In this document: one piece after another, positions 30,101 to 37,730 of the stretch
Numbering within the stretch: position 1 is the stretch's first letter
How the letters are laid out: each line of letters starts with the position of its first letter
IMG/VR virus record: IMGVR_UViG_3300008255_004085
Source of the DNA: an uncultured virus (IMG/VR IMGVR_UViG_3300008255_004085)
Lineage: Duplodnaviria; Heunggongvirae; Uroviricota; Caudoviricetes
Strand: one strand, 5' to 3'
DNA length: 64,000 nucleotides
Made by a program: the position numbers and the translations under genes
Notes under the pieces: generated by a model
The model's database searches: none
The model's input: the letters and a program-made list of their open reading frames with translations, nothing else
What the model was told of the DNA's origin: nothing

Positions 30101-33100
30101 TTTTTTCATTATCTAAAATTATTTTTATTTTTCCTTTTAGATTTCCAATCTCATCTTCCCACCAATCTATATCATCTCCAAGTGTTTCTTTGATTGTTTT
30201 TCTAATATCATAAATGATCCTATAAGCTTCTTCGTTACTTTCATCATCATCTCTGTTTTTGTAAATAATTATATCATCAGTTGTTGAAATAGAAATTCTG
30301 ATGAAATCAGATGGATTCCTAATTCCTGTGTAATAATTTCTAGAGATATCAACCATTGAAGAAACTATTTGTTGTGATGAAATAAAAACATAAAATTCAG
30401 ATTCATCAAAATCTTTGATTTGTGAAAGATCAAATTCTGTTTCAACAATTACAGATTGATCATTTGTCGGAGTTTCATAAACAATATCTTGTCCAACCCA
30501 TCCTTCAATCCCGTCGGAAACAAAATCTGGTTGACCGCCACCGTTGTTAAACACGGGGGTGCTACTGAAAATGCTTGATTGAATTAAAACATGTGATTGT
30601 GTTGAATCTTCTCCTGTCAAGAACTCAACAGCATCAGTTGAATATTCTGCTGCTAGAACATGGTAAGGAGAAAGCAAAGAATCTGTATATCTATTGTTTA
30701 GAATTGTTTTCCATTTTGATTTCTTATTGATCAAATTAGGAACAGAAGAAAAAATCCAACTATCTGCAACAAGATCAGAGGATGCAATGTCGGCAGGTGG
30801 GATTGTTGAGATATCAGAAAGCAAAGATCTATCACCAAAAATAATCTCGTCTAAATCTAATTGATTCAAACTCTCATCATCTGTTGTTCCCGTGACATTG
30901 TAAGCATTTCTATGTCTTAACCCAACAGTTGCAGTTCTGTTAATCCCAGGCATTGCCGGGACTTCAAGAGAAGCAAGTCTGATGTTTCGGCTATCTTGAT
31001 CATCGTGCCAGTAAACAGAAACTTGAGCATTTTTCTTGTTGTTAAAACTTGAAAACACTATCTCATCACTATCATTATTTAAAATTTCAAATTTAATTGG
31101 TTTATCTTCGTCAGCAACGAAGATTGATTTAACCTCATTGATCCTCAATCCATTTTGTGACCAATAAGTATTTGTAAATCCACCGTCTTTTGATGAAGCA
31201 ATCAGCAATTGTCTGAAACCAAGCATTGGATTTATTTTATCAGAGGTTGCGATAGCTATTTTATCACTCGAAGAACTTTCATTTTGAAGAGCAATAACTA
31301 AAATATAATTTTCACCTGGATTTAAGCTAACTCCGACTCCTGTTGTTGTCGTTAAATCAACGGTTGTTTCACTTCCTCTGACTGCAATTTTTGTTCCAGA
31401 GAAGATTGTTTCAATTGTGTCAACATTGTTCCATTCATCCGATCTTGAGAAATCAAGATTAATTGGTTGCCCAGAGGAATCACATTTAGCTAAAAATGCA
31501 GAGATTATCAAAGCATCGACACCATTCCCTGTTCTTATATTTTTAAGATAAAGTCTTATTTTATAAGCCCCTGTTGAATTTGCTGGTGTTGCATCCCACA
31601 TCAGCCCTTGTGTTGGAGAAAAGGTTTGAGCAATAATTTGTTGTTCAGAATCGTCAGCATCTGTTAAAAAGAAATAATCTTCAAAGAAAACATTTGGGTT
31701 ATTTCTTTCTTCATAAAAAAGTTCAATTATTCCAGAGTCTGGGAATTCACTTAATTCAAACAAAGATTTATAACAATCACTAGAAACAAAATCTGGTTTT
31801 GCAATTGTTAAGAAATTTGAGTTACTAATTCCGACACTAACGAAATCTTTATTAGTGGTTGAGCCTAAAATTGAGTCTATTCTTGCTGGCACGCTGTCAA
31901 TATCTGTTGCGAAGATATAATCTGTTAACGCTCCCGCCCCTGCGACACTCATTTGAAAAGATAAAAATGAAGATGAATAGCTGCTATCGACGGCTATTTC
32001 GAAATCTAATTGCCCGCTTGTATTTGAGCCATTGACTGGAAGTTCGAAGCTGATTTCTCCGCTTGATCCCATTGCGGAGTAGCAATCTTGGAAGTTTTTG
32101 ACAACAAAGAAAATTTCTCTTTCGTTTCCGATAGTGAATTCAACATCGGTCCCACTTGAGGCAACCCAGGGGCTACCTGAAACCGGAGAATTTGTGGTAG
32201 GCCAATTGCTGACAAAGACAGTTTTCCAGAACCCTCCTTCTGGAATGTTTTCGTCTGCTATTCCACCAGCGGTTTGTGCGTGAAATGATTCTTCTGTGAT
32301 CATAAACACGACATCATAAACACCATCGGCGAGTTCAACATCAATTGCATCATCGGTTTCTTTTTCAAACCAAAGTCTAACTGTTTCAGAGCCAGCGGAA
32401 TCATAACTATCTGTGGTTCTGGTGATCGTCTTTAGTCTTGGTGCATCATCTGTTCCGCCACTTGTTTGTGTTTCTTTCCAAGTGACATGATAGCTCTTTT
32501 CACATGAGGCATCAATCCATCCGTTTGTTGATCCATCTTCGTCTGTGACAAAATAATTGTAATAAAAGTATCCAGCGACCCAATCTTTATCACCTGCTGG
32601 CAAAGCTCCATATTCTGTATCATCAGTTGCGTTATCAACAACTTGTTCATTTTGATAATCCCACCAACGACCTCTGGTCCCGATCCATTCGTTTTGTGTT
32701 TTGTCCCCGGCCGAATCCCACAAACCGCTTGCTGCTTGTCCTGGTTTTCCCATTAATTTCAATTGATAGCAGAAGTTGGGTTTTAATCCTGTTGCATTTA
32801 ACTCTGCCTCGAATTTTGAAGTTAGAGGATTCTTTTTGTATCTCATTTGAACAGATGAATTTGCATAATCGAAAGAAGATTGGAAAGAAGCTGAATATTC
32901 AGTCCCGCCGACATCAAGCCAACGATCCTCCGCAGAAGGCCATTGGTCATCAAATTCGAGCAAGGTGATTGTCTCCCAATCTTCTGTGTCAACAAAGCTG
33001 AAATCGAATTTAGTTGAGAGATAGGCATTTTGGTTTTCGATGTTGTTATAAATTGAAAGTTCTGCGCCTTTGAACAAGGTAGTTGATGGGTCTGAAGTTG

Positions 33101-33944
33101 AAAGTCGAAGTCGAGAGGGGGTTGTTTGGAGCGAATTTGTTGCAGTCGAAGCATTTGTTTTGATTGAAAAAACGGGTTCATCTAATGAAACTTTTTCATC
33201 TGCATCAGGCCATAGTGTTTCTTCTAAACTAGAGCCGTCGTCGAACTCTTCTTCTATTTCGTTGTCCCCGATTTTAACTAAATCTACTGAATAACTCTCA
33301 ACGTTGGCGATCAATCCCTGTGATTTTTGATATGTCCAAAATATTTTCTGGCCAACAAAATCATCTGGTGTTGAATTTAGTGGGGTTGGTTTTCCTGGTG
33401 TTGAAGGAGGGCTTTTTGAAAGAATGATTGTATCAGAAATCCCTTTTGCGGAAGAATCTGCGGTTGGGTAAACAGTTGAGTCATCAAGGATAAATCTTAG
33501 ATAAACTGTTTTTGTTCCGTCGCTCAAGCTTAATGGCCATCCACGGATAAACATCAATTGACTGGATGCGTTCAAAGCTATTTCATCAGAGGTTAAATCA
33601 AGGTCTTCATTTGTCGGTTGAACGCCGGGGGCTCCATAGCCCAAAATGAAGATGGTGCCATCTGATTGCTGATCAAGTTCATACCAGCGATTGACAGAAT
33701 AGCCGAAGTCTATGTAGGAACTAAAGCTAGAATCGTTAGAGACTCTGACGGCATAAATTGTTGGTGAAACAATTGCTAGTCCAGTGACAGAGTCAAAAAC
33801 TTCTGCTTTGAATGTAAGATTCACAAGACCAGAACTTCGTAGAGTTCTGTTATAGACATATCTATTCCCATAATTTATGAAGTTTGAACTAAAATTTGTT
33901 GTAGATGTCTGGCTTGGATAAGTCAATCTAACGGCAGTTGCCAT
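24165..33944 (-). CDS. Giant (3259 aa) putative virion/adhesin-like protein with Ig-like, lectin-like and beta-propeller modules
   Basis: Repeated W..L...G.KT(V/I).V.F.D...N Ig-like units, AQ(T/S)F...Y(W/I)LV units, LY(I/V)G propeller blades; GGAGG RBS; no signal peptide. Confidence 0.68.
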   Translation of the reverse strand: MATAVRLTYPSQTSTTNFSSNFINYGNRYVYNRTLRSSGLVNLTFKAEVFDSVTGLAIVSPTIYAVRVSNDSSFSSYIDFGYSVNRWYELDQQSDGTIFILGYGAPGVQPTNEDLDLTSDEIALNASSQLMFIRGWPLSLSDGTKTVYLRFILDDSTVYPTADSSAKGISDTIILSKSPPSTPGKPTPLNSTPDDFVGQKIFWTYQKSQGLIANVESYSVDLVKIGDNEIEEEFDDGSSLEETLWPDADEKVSLDEPVFSIKTNASTATNSLQTTPSRLRLSTSDPSTTLFKGAELSIYNNIENQNAYLSTKFDFSFVDTEDWETITLLEFDDQWPSAEDRWLDVGGTEYSASFQSSFDYANSSVQMRYKKNPLTSKFEAELNATGLKPNFCYQLKLMGKPGQAASGLWDSAGDKTQNEWIGTRGRWWDYQNEQVVDNATDDTEYGALPAGDKDWVAGYFYYNYFVTDEDGSTNGWIDASCEKSYHVTWKETQTSGGTDDAPRLKTITRTTDSYDSAGSETVRLWFEKETDDAIDVELADGVYDVVFMITEESFHAQTAGGIADENIPEGGFWKTVFVSNWPTTNSPVSGSPWVASSGTDVEFTIGNEREIFFVVKNFQDCYSAMGSSGEISFELPVNGSNTSGQLDFEIAVDSSYSSSFLSFQMSVAGAGALTDYIFATDIDSVPARIDSILGSTTNKDFVSVGISNSNFLTIAKPDFVSSDCYKSLFELSEFPDSGIIELFYEERNNPNVFFEDYFFLTDADDSEQQIIAQTFSPTQGLMWDATPANSTGAYKIRLYLKNIRTGNGVDALIISAFLAKCDSSGQPINLDFSRSDEWNNVDTIETIFSGTKIAVRGSETTVDLTTTTGVGVSLNPGENYILVIALQNESSSSDKIAIATSDKINPMLGFRQLLIASSKDGGFTNTYWSQNGLRINEVKSIFVADEDKPIKFEILNNDSDEIVFSSFNNKKNAQVSVYWHDDQDSRNIRLASLEVPAMPGINRTATVGLRHRNAYNVTGTTDDESLNQLDLDEIIFGDRSLLSDISTIPPADIASSDLVADSWIFSSVPNLINKKSKWKTILNNRYTDSLLSPYHVLAAEYSTDAVEFLTGEDSTQSHVLIQSSIFSSTPVFNNGGGQPDFVSDGIEGWVGQDIVYETPTNDQSVIVETEFDLSQIKDFDESEFYVFISSQQIVSSMVDISRNYYTGIRNPSDFIRISISTTDDIIIYKNRDDDESNEEAYRIIYDIRKTIKETLGDDIDWWEDEIGNLKGKIKIILDNEKNDGESHLKIVITCDPGNSHGVVEAIVINDFLEKQILPTTNRGFYICVGSRVKNIDRNHSTFSLSNLKLEPVIGDIVTTVGETLELYDELNGVDETTRLVDYPDLSDTSVHASDTDYYAQDEFSYVIATDGSNCKKFVLAAQGSYSLGRSEINYCDQVVEDTENVKCFGVVVCNAADVLRSAGQPQRLTEITSSSGLVGNDKAPPYGDRRSYSGSNPLSTAGIGDNQEINLLVNARAFSQSHWICSEWQFYEGLTPWSANKNWITNSSSSEPSGLRESDPLNVDSIQSADQTFSFDYALNDQAIAGNLQVYIGLSNFKPTYRCYNSGEQEEIIYNPLEESDVYEPTENYWKLSRHDAKGNVSGNKFAGYYDQKLVSTAFCFGGFENTGNKYFVDGYVGNKGQKIAQDTTAETYNIMLPFASLSGNFSRTTASPITATNRKFMQVFISNEGKIFVAYNSGWDGVSAHDWEENDTGLMVDLLSSGKITVETSRVSSSTVSNAFNAADGTFSAITSSGNFDVMVVYQGVGTAKREIIKVYCETMNVDDIFEYLYPHVGVREKYDTGIFKTKIGTVKISSADTSNLVPLRPETVSYFIKQDGALQDDDLIYGNQFVCGQYENYSNLIQLTGEYPHLAQSFVVPSDDALPFESDDLESSSTVDIKLIDLKKVINSNFSKWRLIIVEDSSDEPDVGTGKNIPINSTSQETGDRPNTDIRIFDTDSNGYEILGIAYSDEVNDSEYLHFVFENYVTLSKDTKYWLVLSHPEISNAYTSSIYDDYVDTYSYSTDKASLSTAQVYASSSSVYSTLRHLSDDTSLLWSVAGSEWVDQGSNIWFKIFKNCYYNIRNEVHSEIYALQSSTYDNQRLQSEISDLSDLYEVDVVAPFELSSSSPPEIEVDETSVGISRKKILIIKAQDSISGTTGSGIRRFRVGYEDDFGLQKFSKWNKWVDNDADGEISFVWNYTGNFLGSKEIFVQIEDFTGNISQSEKILVDLDYGFLLDTEPPSTTRVRIEGDATLETDPNESEITSERNADVSIYAYDEVSDIKDFRYNLDFESDGAGQLVWSSWMPYTPNFVQDLGLDDGLKTIVVQFRDFADNADQSIIVHALRDQTTEISTALDKFKIFGKESLYFATTAIKTRTGLTGETLDFGSYAALSAFRFKNSSSVNQTINSNEELTVKVNSIAQTEDVDYTRNENNNLIIFVTPLVSTDVVTMDTREEVCRLYRFNGSVTSMIYEFSSEGERLCTSMKNYGENLYIGFESGNIYVYNGIKMRLSFTLTTTDGGSTTLPVGAMNTYQFAHETRPFLYVGSWKQARVWRYGGNNAIDDYSWKSISEINTFSETVGSFTTNFSDQTNVLSIEGYNESLFIGTGENSIIFSYQRELDESDLSITETVEMFKLSEISSALSGTRVYSLKSFGNRLFAGTDAATVFVYEATTVDQPTESEWEHITEISEDFLKEVYPWEYYESPGRTNPGLSAFVSTSLENSNYLLNILGDRGKYIQFTQNSINNSDLMNNLNNSTGWSFEFVSRWNSGNGTQGVRVFDGDYQLELSIGDDELVLKNGNKSFTATSGSVETGVKVDNDAFTGIFSGGTANVDFYNLLTDTSETDGIKLKVDTLDDGQYPYFEMTSLGITADEDTRVLMKIRASNFSLDSAKFYLQWKKVSTNALIKEKTYMFSVPNNNIWKTFDISPGWIGSLDTLRILVEPTIDSEFEIEYIIIREKTQTVFSTSDLNTYRISVVDDDVDVYLNGNNTPIIHKNAWLENTTNDKQITFGKIYQEQDDSDFDWQSFKVYTGGALTPKEEQIINWNLMNVFAGGKEVKSLKILRDSLIAIVNPLSVEKTTDSVLDLNPKSYILSSEDAVEWGSSDSSIDGIYEEEVVQVFSTVVWDNILYSGTEISSDVINHTKLDLIAEASSTTKSELSSSGNIYNRRITHAFDEIIKDTKSPETEIVIKPNENAGGIKILSFEAYVERTEDSVES

Positions 33945-34028
33945 TTTTCCCTCCGCACATTGAATTGTGACGTTTTGTTTTTCAAAATGTAATTATTGTA
34001 TTAATTATTTTTTGAGCAACTTAATCGC

Positions 34029-34964
34029 CTAGTCGTCTAAATAAAAAGAAAATTTCTCAATCACAGGAATAACTTCTGTTGGGACATTAGTTTTCCATTC
34101 ATCATCACCATTGATTATAGAGTTTCGTATTTCGGTAGCTGAAATACCTTTAATTTCATTTGGAACTTCTACTTCGTTGATTGAATATCCTACATTTCTC
34201 CCAATGTTTATACTAGAAATATCTGGAATCTCAACAACCTCAACATCATTTCTAAATTTTGCATGGACGAGTTGTTGAACGACATAGAATGGGAAGGGGT
34301 TGCTTTTATCTCTAGGTGTCTTTCTGACGCCTACAACGACCCTCTCACCCGTTTCAATAGCTTTTTCGATGATAGAGGCATGGCCATTGTGAAAAGGCTG
34401 CCAGCGGCCAACGTAGAGCGCCGAAGGTCTATTCCTAATTTGTTGAATTTGATCCCAAATTCTTTCTGCTTCTTCATCAACATTTCTCGGCCAAGGTGAA
34501 TAAATCACATAATCAAGAGCGGTGTCTGGTTTATCAAATGGGGCATCATAACCGGCAAGGTTTGCGACGCCTCGATTTCCTGTTTTTGCAAAAAGTTCTG
34601 CATCTTTCCAGATGCCTTTTTGGTCAAGTTTTGCACAGGTTTTTGCTGGTGTGTCAACAAAAACAAGTGAAAATCTTTCTTTGCTGACGATTTCTCGGCA
34701 AGCGGCACGAACTTCTTCAAGCGGAGAAATAACAGGGACAATAGCAAAAATCCCATGCTTGTTGAGGTAATGGCAGATCAAAGCGACTCTTCGGAGGTGG
34801 TCATTGACAGATTTGGAGTCAAACCCTGTTGGTGCCCATTTTCTAATTGCGTCTCCATCAAGAACTTCAACTTTTTCATTTGATTTCAGAATTTCTTTTT
34901 CAACAGCAGCCGCAAGGGTTGATTTCCCTGATTGACACATTCCAGTCATCCAAATTGTATGCAT
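34029..34964 (-). CDS. cysC: Adenylyl-sulfate (APS) kinase fused to an HxGH nucleotidyltransferase (cytidylyltransferase-like) domain
   Basis: TIWMTGMCQSGKSTLA (P-loop), VLDGDAIR, ISPLEEVR, GYDAPFDKP; C-terminal YVGRWQPFHNGH and ISATEIR; start moved to ATG 34964 after GGAG. Confidence 0.88.
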   Translation of the reverse strand: MHTIWMTGMCQSGKSTLAAAVEKEILKSNEKVEVLDGDAIRKWAPTGFDSKSVNDHLRRVALICHYLNKHGIFAIVPVISPLEEVRAACREIVSKERFSLVFVDTPAKTCAKLDQKGIWKDAELFAKTGNRGVANLAGYDAPFDKPDTALDYVIYSPWPRNVDEEAERIWDQIQQIRNRPSALYVGRWQPFHNGHASIIEKAIETGERVVVGVRKTPRDKSNPFPFYVVQQLVHAKFRNDVEVVEIPDISSINIGRNVGYSINEVEVPNEIKGISATEIRNSIINGDDEWKTNVPTEVIPVIEKFSFYLDD

Positions 34965-34983
34965 TTTTAACTCCAATTAAAAT

Positions 34984-35709
34984 CTATTTATTAATAATAA
35001 CCATTGAATTACAAATTTTTATTTGTTCTGTAGATATTTTTTTATTAATAATAAATTCATCAACAGCTATATCAACACCTGAATTTCTATAAAATTTAGC
35101 TAATGATAAATTATAATCATGAATAGCTATATATCCATTATTTTCTAATTTTTCCCAATAATTATGCAGATCATTAAAACATGTTTCATAACTATGTCCA
35201 CCATCAACAAAAATTAATTTAGCTATAGGGCATTGATTATAAATATTTATATCTCTAGAATCTCCATTTAATTTATTTACTTTTATTCCAACTAATGAAT
35301 ATAAAAGATCAGAGCATTCATCTAAATCTTTCCATCCGGGAAAAATATCCTCAATTCCAATAAATTTATTATTAAAATCATACGGCATAAGATTTTCTTT
35401 TTTAACACATGTATCTATAGAATAAATATTATGTTTACCAGATAAAAATATGGTTGAAAAACCAACAAACCTACCTACTTCTATAACATTATCATTATCA
35501 TTTAAATTTCTAGATAATTCAAATAAACATTGATTTTCTTCTTTTGAAGATAAATGAGTTATATATTCCCATTTATCCCAAAGTTTTTCAAACTCATCAT
35601 TTTTTTCTATATTATATTTTTCCCATTTTTTTATATTATTTAATATATTACTTTTTCTTTCTGGTGTAACAGCAAGCCTTAATTTTTCTTCTAATGATCT
35701 TTGAAACAT
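34984..35709 (-). CDS. Class I SAM-dependent methyltransferase (Methyltransf_24-like)
   Basis: VIEVGRFVGFST, LIFVDGGHSYE, GYIAIHDY. Confidence 0.88.
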   Translation of the reverse strand: MFQRSLEEKLRLAVTPERKSNILNNIKKWEKYNIEKNDEFEKLWDKWEYITHLSSKEENQCLFELSRNLNDNDNVIEVGRFVGFSTIFLSGKHNIYSIDTCVKKENLMPYDFNNKFIGIEDIFPGWKDLDECSDLLYSLVGIKVNKLNGDSRDINIYNQCPIAKLIFVDGGHSYETCFNDLHNYWEKLENNGYIAIHDYNLSLAKFYRNSGVDIAVDEFIINKKISTEQIKICNSMVIINK

Positions 35710-35727
35710 TTCATCCTCCAATACAAA

Positions 35728-36600
35728 TTATAAAATTATACAATTCTTTGGTAAATAAGAATTTTTTTCAATAATTAAATTAAACTCATCATAATAATTT
35801 ATTTTAATCCAATCTAAAAAATTTAAAATCTTATCATCTTTTTTATATCTATCTATTGATTCTTTATATTTACAATAAGGATATAAAGAATTCAAATCAA
35901 TTCTATCTATATCTGCCCCAATTATATTAATTATTTTTGTATATATTTTTATAAAATTTTCTTTATCTATTATTTTTTCACTAATAATTCCAAAAACATT
36001 ATTATCAAATATATCTTTTTTATTAAACCAATCGTTTATAATATAATTTCTTAATATTTTAAATAATTCTTCTTCTGAATCTCCTCCCCAAAAAAACCAG
36101 GGTTGATTTATAAGTGAGGACATAGCATCTAGTGGATTTCTTATAAATAGGAATAATTTGCTATTTGGAAAAATATTTTTCAAAAGATCTAATTCATGAT
36201 AATACGAAATCCCCTTGTCTCCAGCAAATCTTGCAGCATATTTATGTTTTACTAAAATGTCAAATATTTTAACTATATCACTGGTTTTAAATTGTTTATT
36301 TTTATAGTTAGCATATGTAAATTGTTTATTAAAAAATCTTCTTTGAGATAATATTTTATAAAAAGCAATTGGTATTTGTCCTTCTTTATCGCAATAAATA
36401 TATGGATGATTATTTAAAATATTAGAAAAAATTGTGCTACCAACTCTCGGGTACGGCATTAATCCAAAAAAATATTTTGAAGTATCTATTTCAAGACTAT
36501 CATTTAAAGGTAAAGAACCAAATTCCATAGTAGAATAAAATGAGTTACTTTCCATTTTATCTTTAAAATTATTTTGCTCATTTTTTAAGTTATCAGACAT
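35728..36600 (-). CDS. Sulfotransferase (Sulfotransfer_3-like)
   Basis: PRVGSTIFSNILNNHP, GDK, IFPNSKLFLFIRNPLDAMSS. Confidence 0.82.
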   Translation of the reverse strand: MSDNLKNEQNNFKDKMESNSFYSTMEFGSLPLNDSLEIDTSKYFFGLMPYPRVGSTIFSNILNNHPYIYCDKEGQIPIAFYKILSQRRFFNKQFTYANYKNKQFKTSDIVKIFDILVKHKYAARFAGDKGISYYHELDLLKNIFPNSKLFLFIRNPLDAMSSLINQPWFFWGGDSEEELFKILRNYIINDWFNKKDIFDNNVFGIISEKIIDKENFIKIYTKIINIIGADIDRIDLNSLYPYCKYKESIDRYKKDDKILNFLDWIKINYYDEFNLIIEKNSYLPKNCIIL

Positions 36601-37730
36601 TAATTAATCTCCATTCTTATTTAATGATAAATTAAATTTTTCAAAATCTATATTTTCTTCTATTAAATATGTTTTAGGATAATTTATTGATAAACCATTA
36701 AAATTTGATGAAAAAACATTATTATAAGATGTCCCTATTTTAGTTAAATGACCAAAATCTATTATTTTTGGGATACCATTAACCATTGGAGTATGATAAG
36801 ATCCTAAATCACAATGTGCATATCCTTTTTCATGTAACCAATTTAATGCTTTTGTTATTATTTTAATATTTTTATCTGTTTTTTTAAATTTTTCCAAATT
36901 CAACCATTTGCTTATAATATAAAATTCACCACTTAAAAGACCATTTGTTTCAAATATTTCATCCCCGCATAAAAAATTTTCATTATTTTGTTCTTTTAAC
37001 CATAATAATTCATTTTTTTTCTTATTTTGTAATTTTATATGATAAAAATTATTATCTTTATCAATAGCTTTCCAAGTGGCCCCACATGCAGTAGCTCTTC
37101 CAATACCATTTGATAATGCTTGCTCATCTAATTTATCCCAAGGTAAAAAATATAAATCTTTTAAATATCGACTTGCAGATATTATATTTCTACCATTTAC
37201 TGTATTAGCTATAATTTTAACATTTCCAAATCCATTTTTCCATAATAATTCCCTAATAATATCAAAGGAATAAATATAATAATTTGAATCTTTATTGTCA
37301 AAATATTCTGGTACAAAATTAAAATTACATTCTATATAAATTCTTTTTTTAGTTAAAGAACATACTTTATTTATTATTTCTTCTATATTTTTATTCCAAT
37401 TAAGAACAGAAAATAATAATGTTATATCAAATTTTTTATTAATAGAAAAATCTAAAATTCCCAAATAATATAAATCTATATTACTATCTGGGATACATCT
37501 ATTTATACATTGCTTAGTTAATTCTATACTTTTTTCACTATAATCTATTGCTGATACTTCTAATCCTAATTTAGAAAAATGTATTGGAAACCAACCATCA
37601 GCACAACCTATATCCAATAATGTTTTAGCATCAGAAATATCTATTAGACTAGCACGATATTCAGCATCATCTCTATAATATTTTATAGAAAAATCAAATT
37701 TATTATATGTTTCCATTAATTAATCTCCAT
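36598..37730 (+). repeat. 17-bp direct repeat CATTAATTAATCTCCAT (36598-36614, 37714-37730)
   Basis: Exact match at both gene junctions flanking the methyltransferase-kinase gene. Confidence 0.85.
36604..37716 (-). CDS. Methyltransferase-kinase fusion (WbdD-like architecture)
   Basis: N-terminal LLDIGCADGWF...VSAIDY; C-terminal LHEKGYAHCDL...KIIDFG. Confidence 0.78.
   Translation of the reverse strand: METYNKFDFSIKYYRDDAEYRASLIDISDAKTLLDIGCADGWFPIHFSKLGLEVSAIDYSEKSIELTKQCINRCIPDSNIDLYYLGILDFSINKKFDITLLFSVLNWNKNIEEIINKVCSLTKKRIYIECNFNFVPEYFDNKDSNYYIYSFDIIRELLWKNGFGNVKIIANTVNGRNIISASRYLKDLYFLPWDKLDEQALSNGIGRATACGATWKAIDKDNNFYHIKLQNKKKNELLWLKEQNNENFLCGDEIFETNGLLSGEFYIISKWLNLEKFKKTDKNIKIITKALNWLHEKGYAHCDLGSYHTPMVNGIPKIIDFGHLTKIGTSYNNVFSSNFNGLSINYPKTYLIEENIDFEKFNLSLNKNGD

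Noticed and set aside
11906..33944. Inteins, or secreted adhesin/RTX/autotransporter identity for the giant proteins
   Set aside because: No intein splice or homing-endonuclease motifs, signal peptides, RTX nonamers, sortase motifs or beta-barrel ends were recognised
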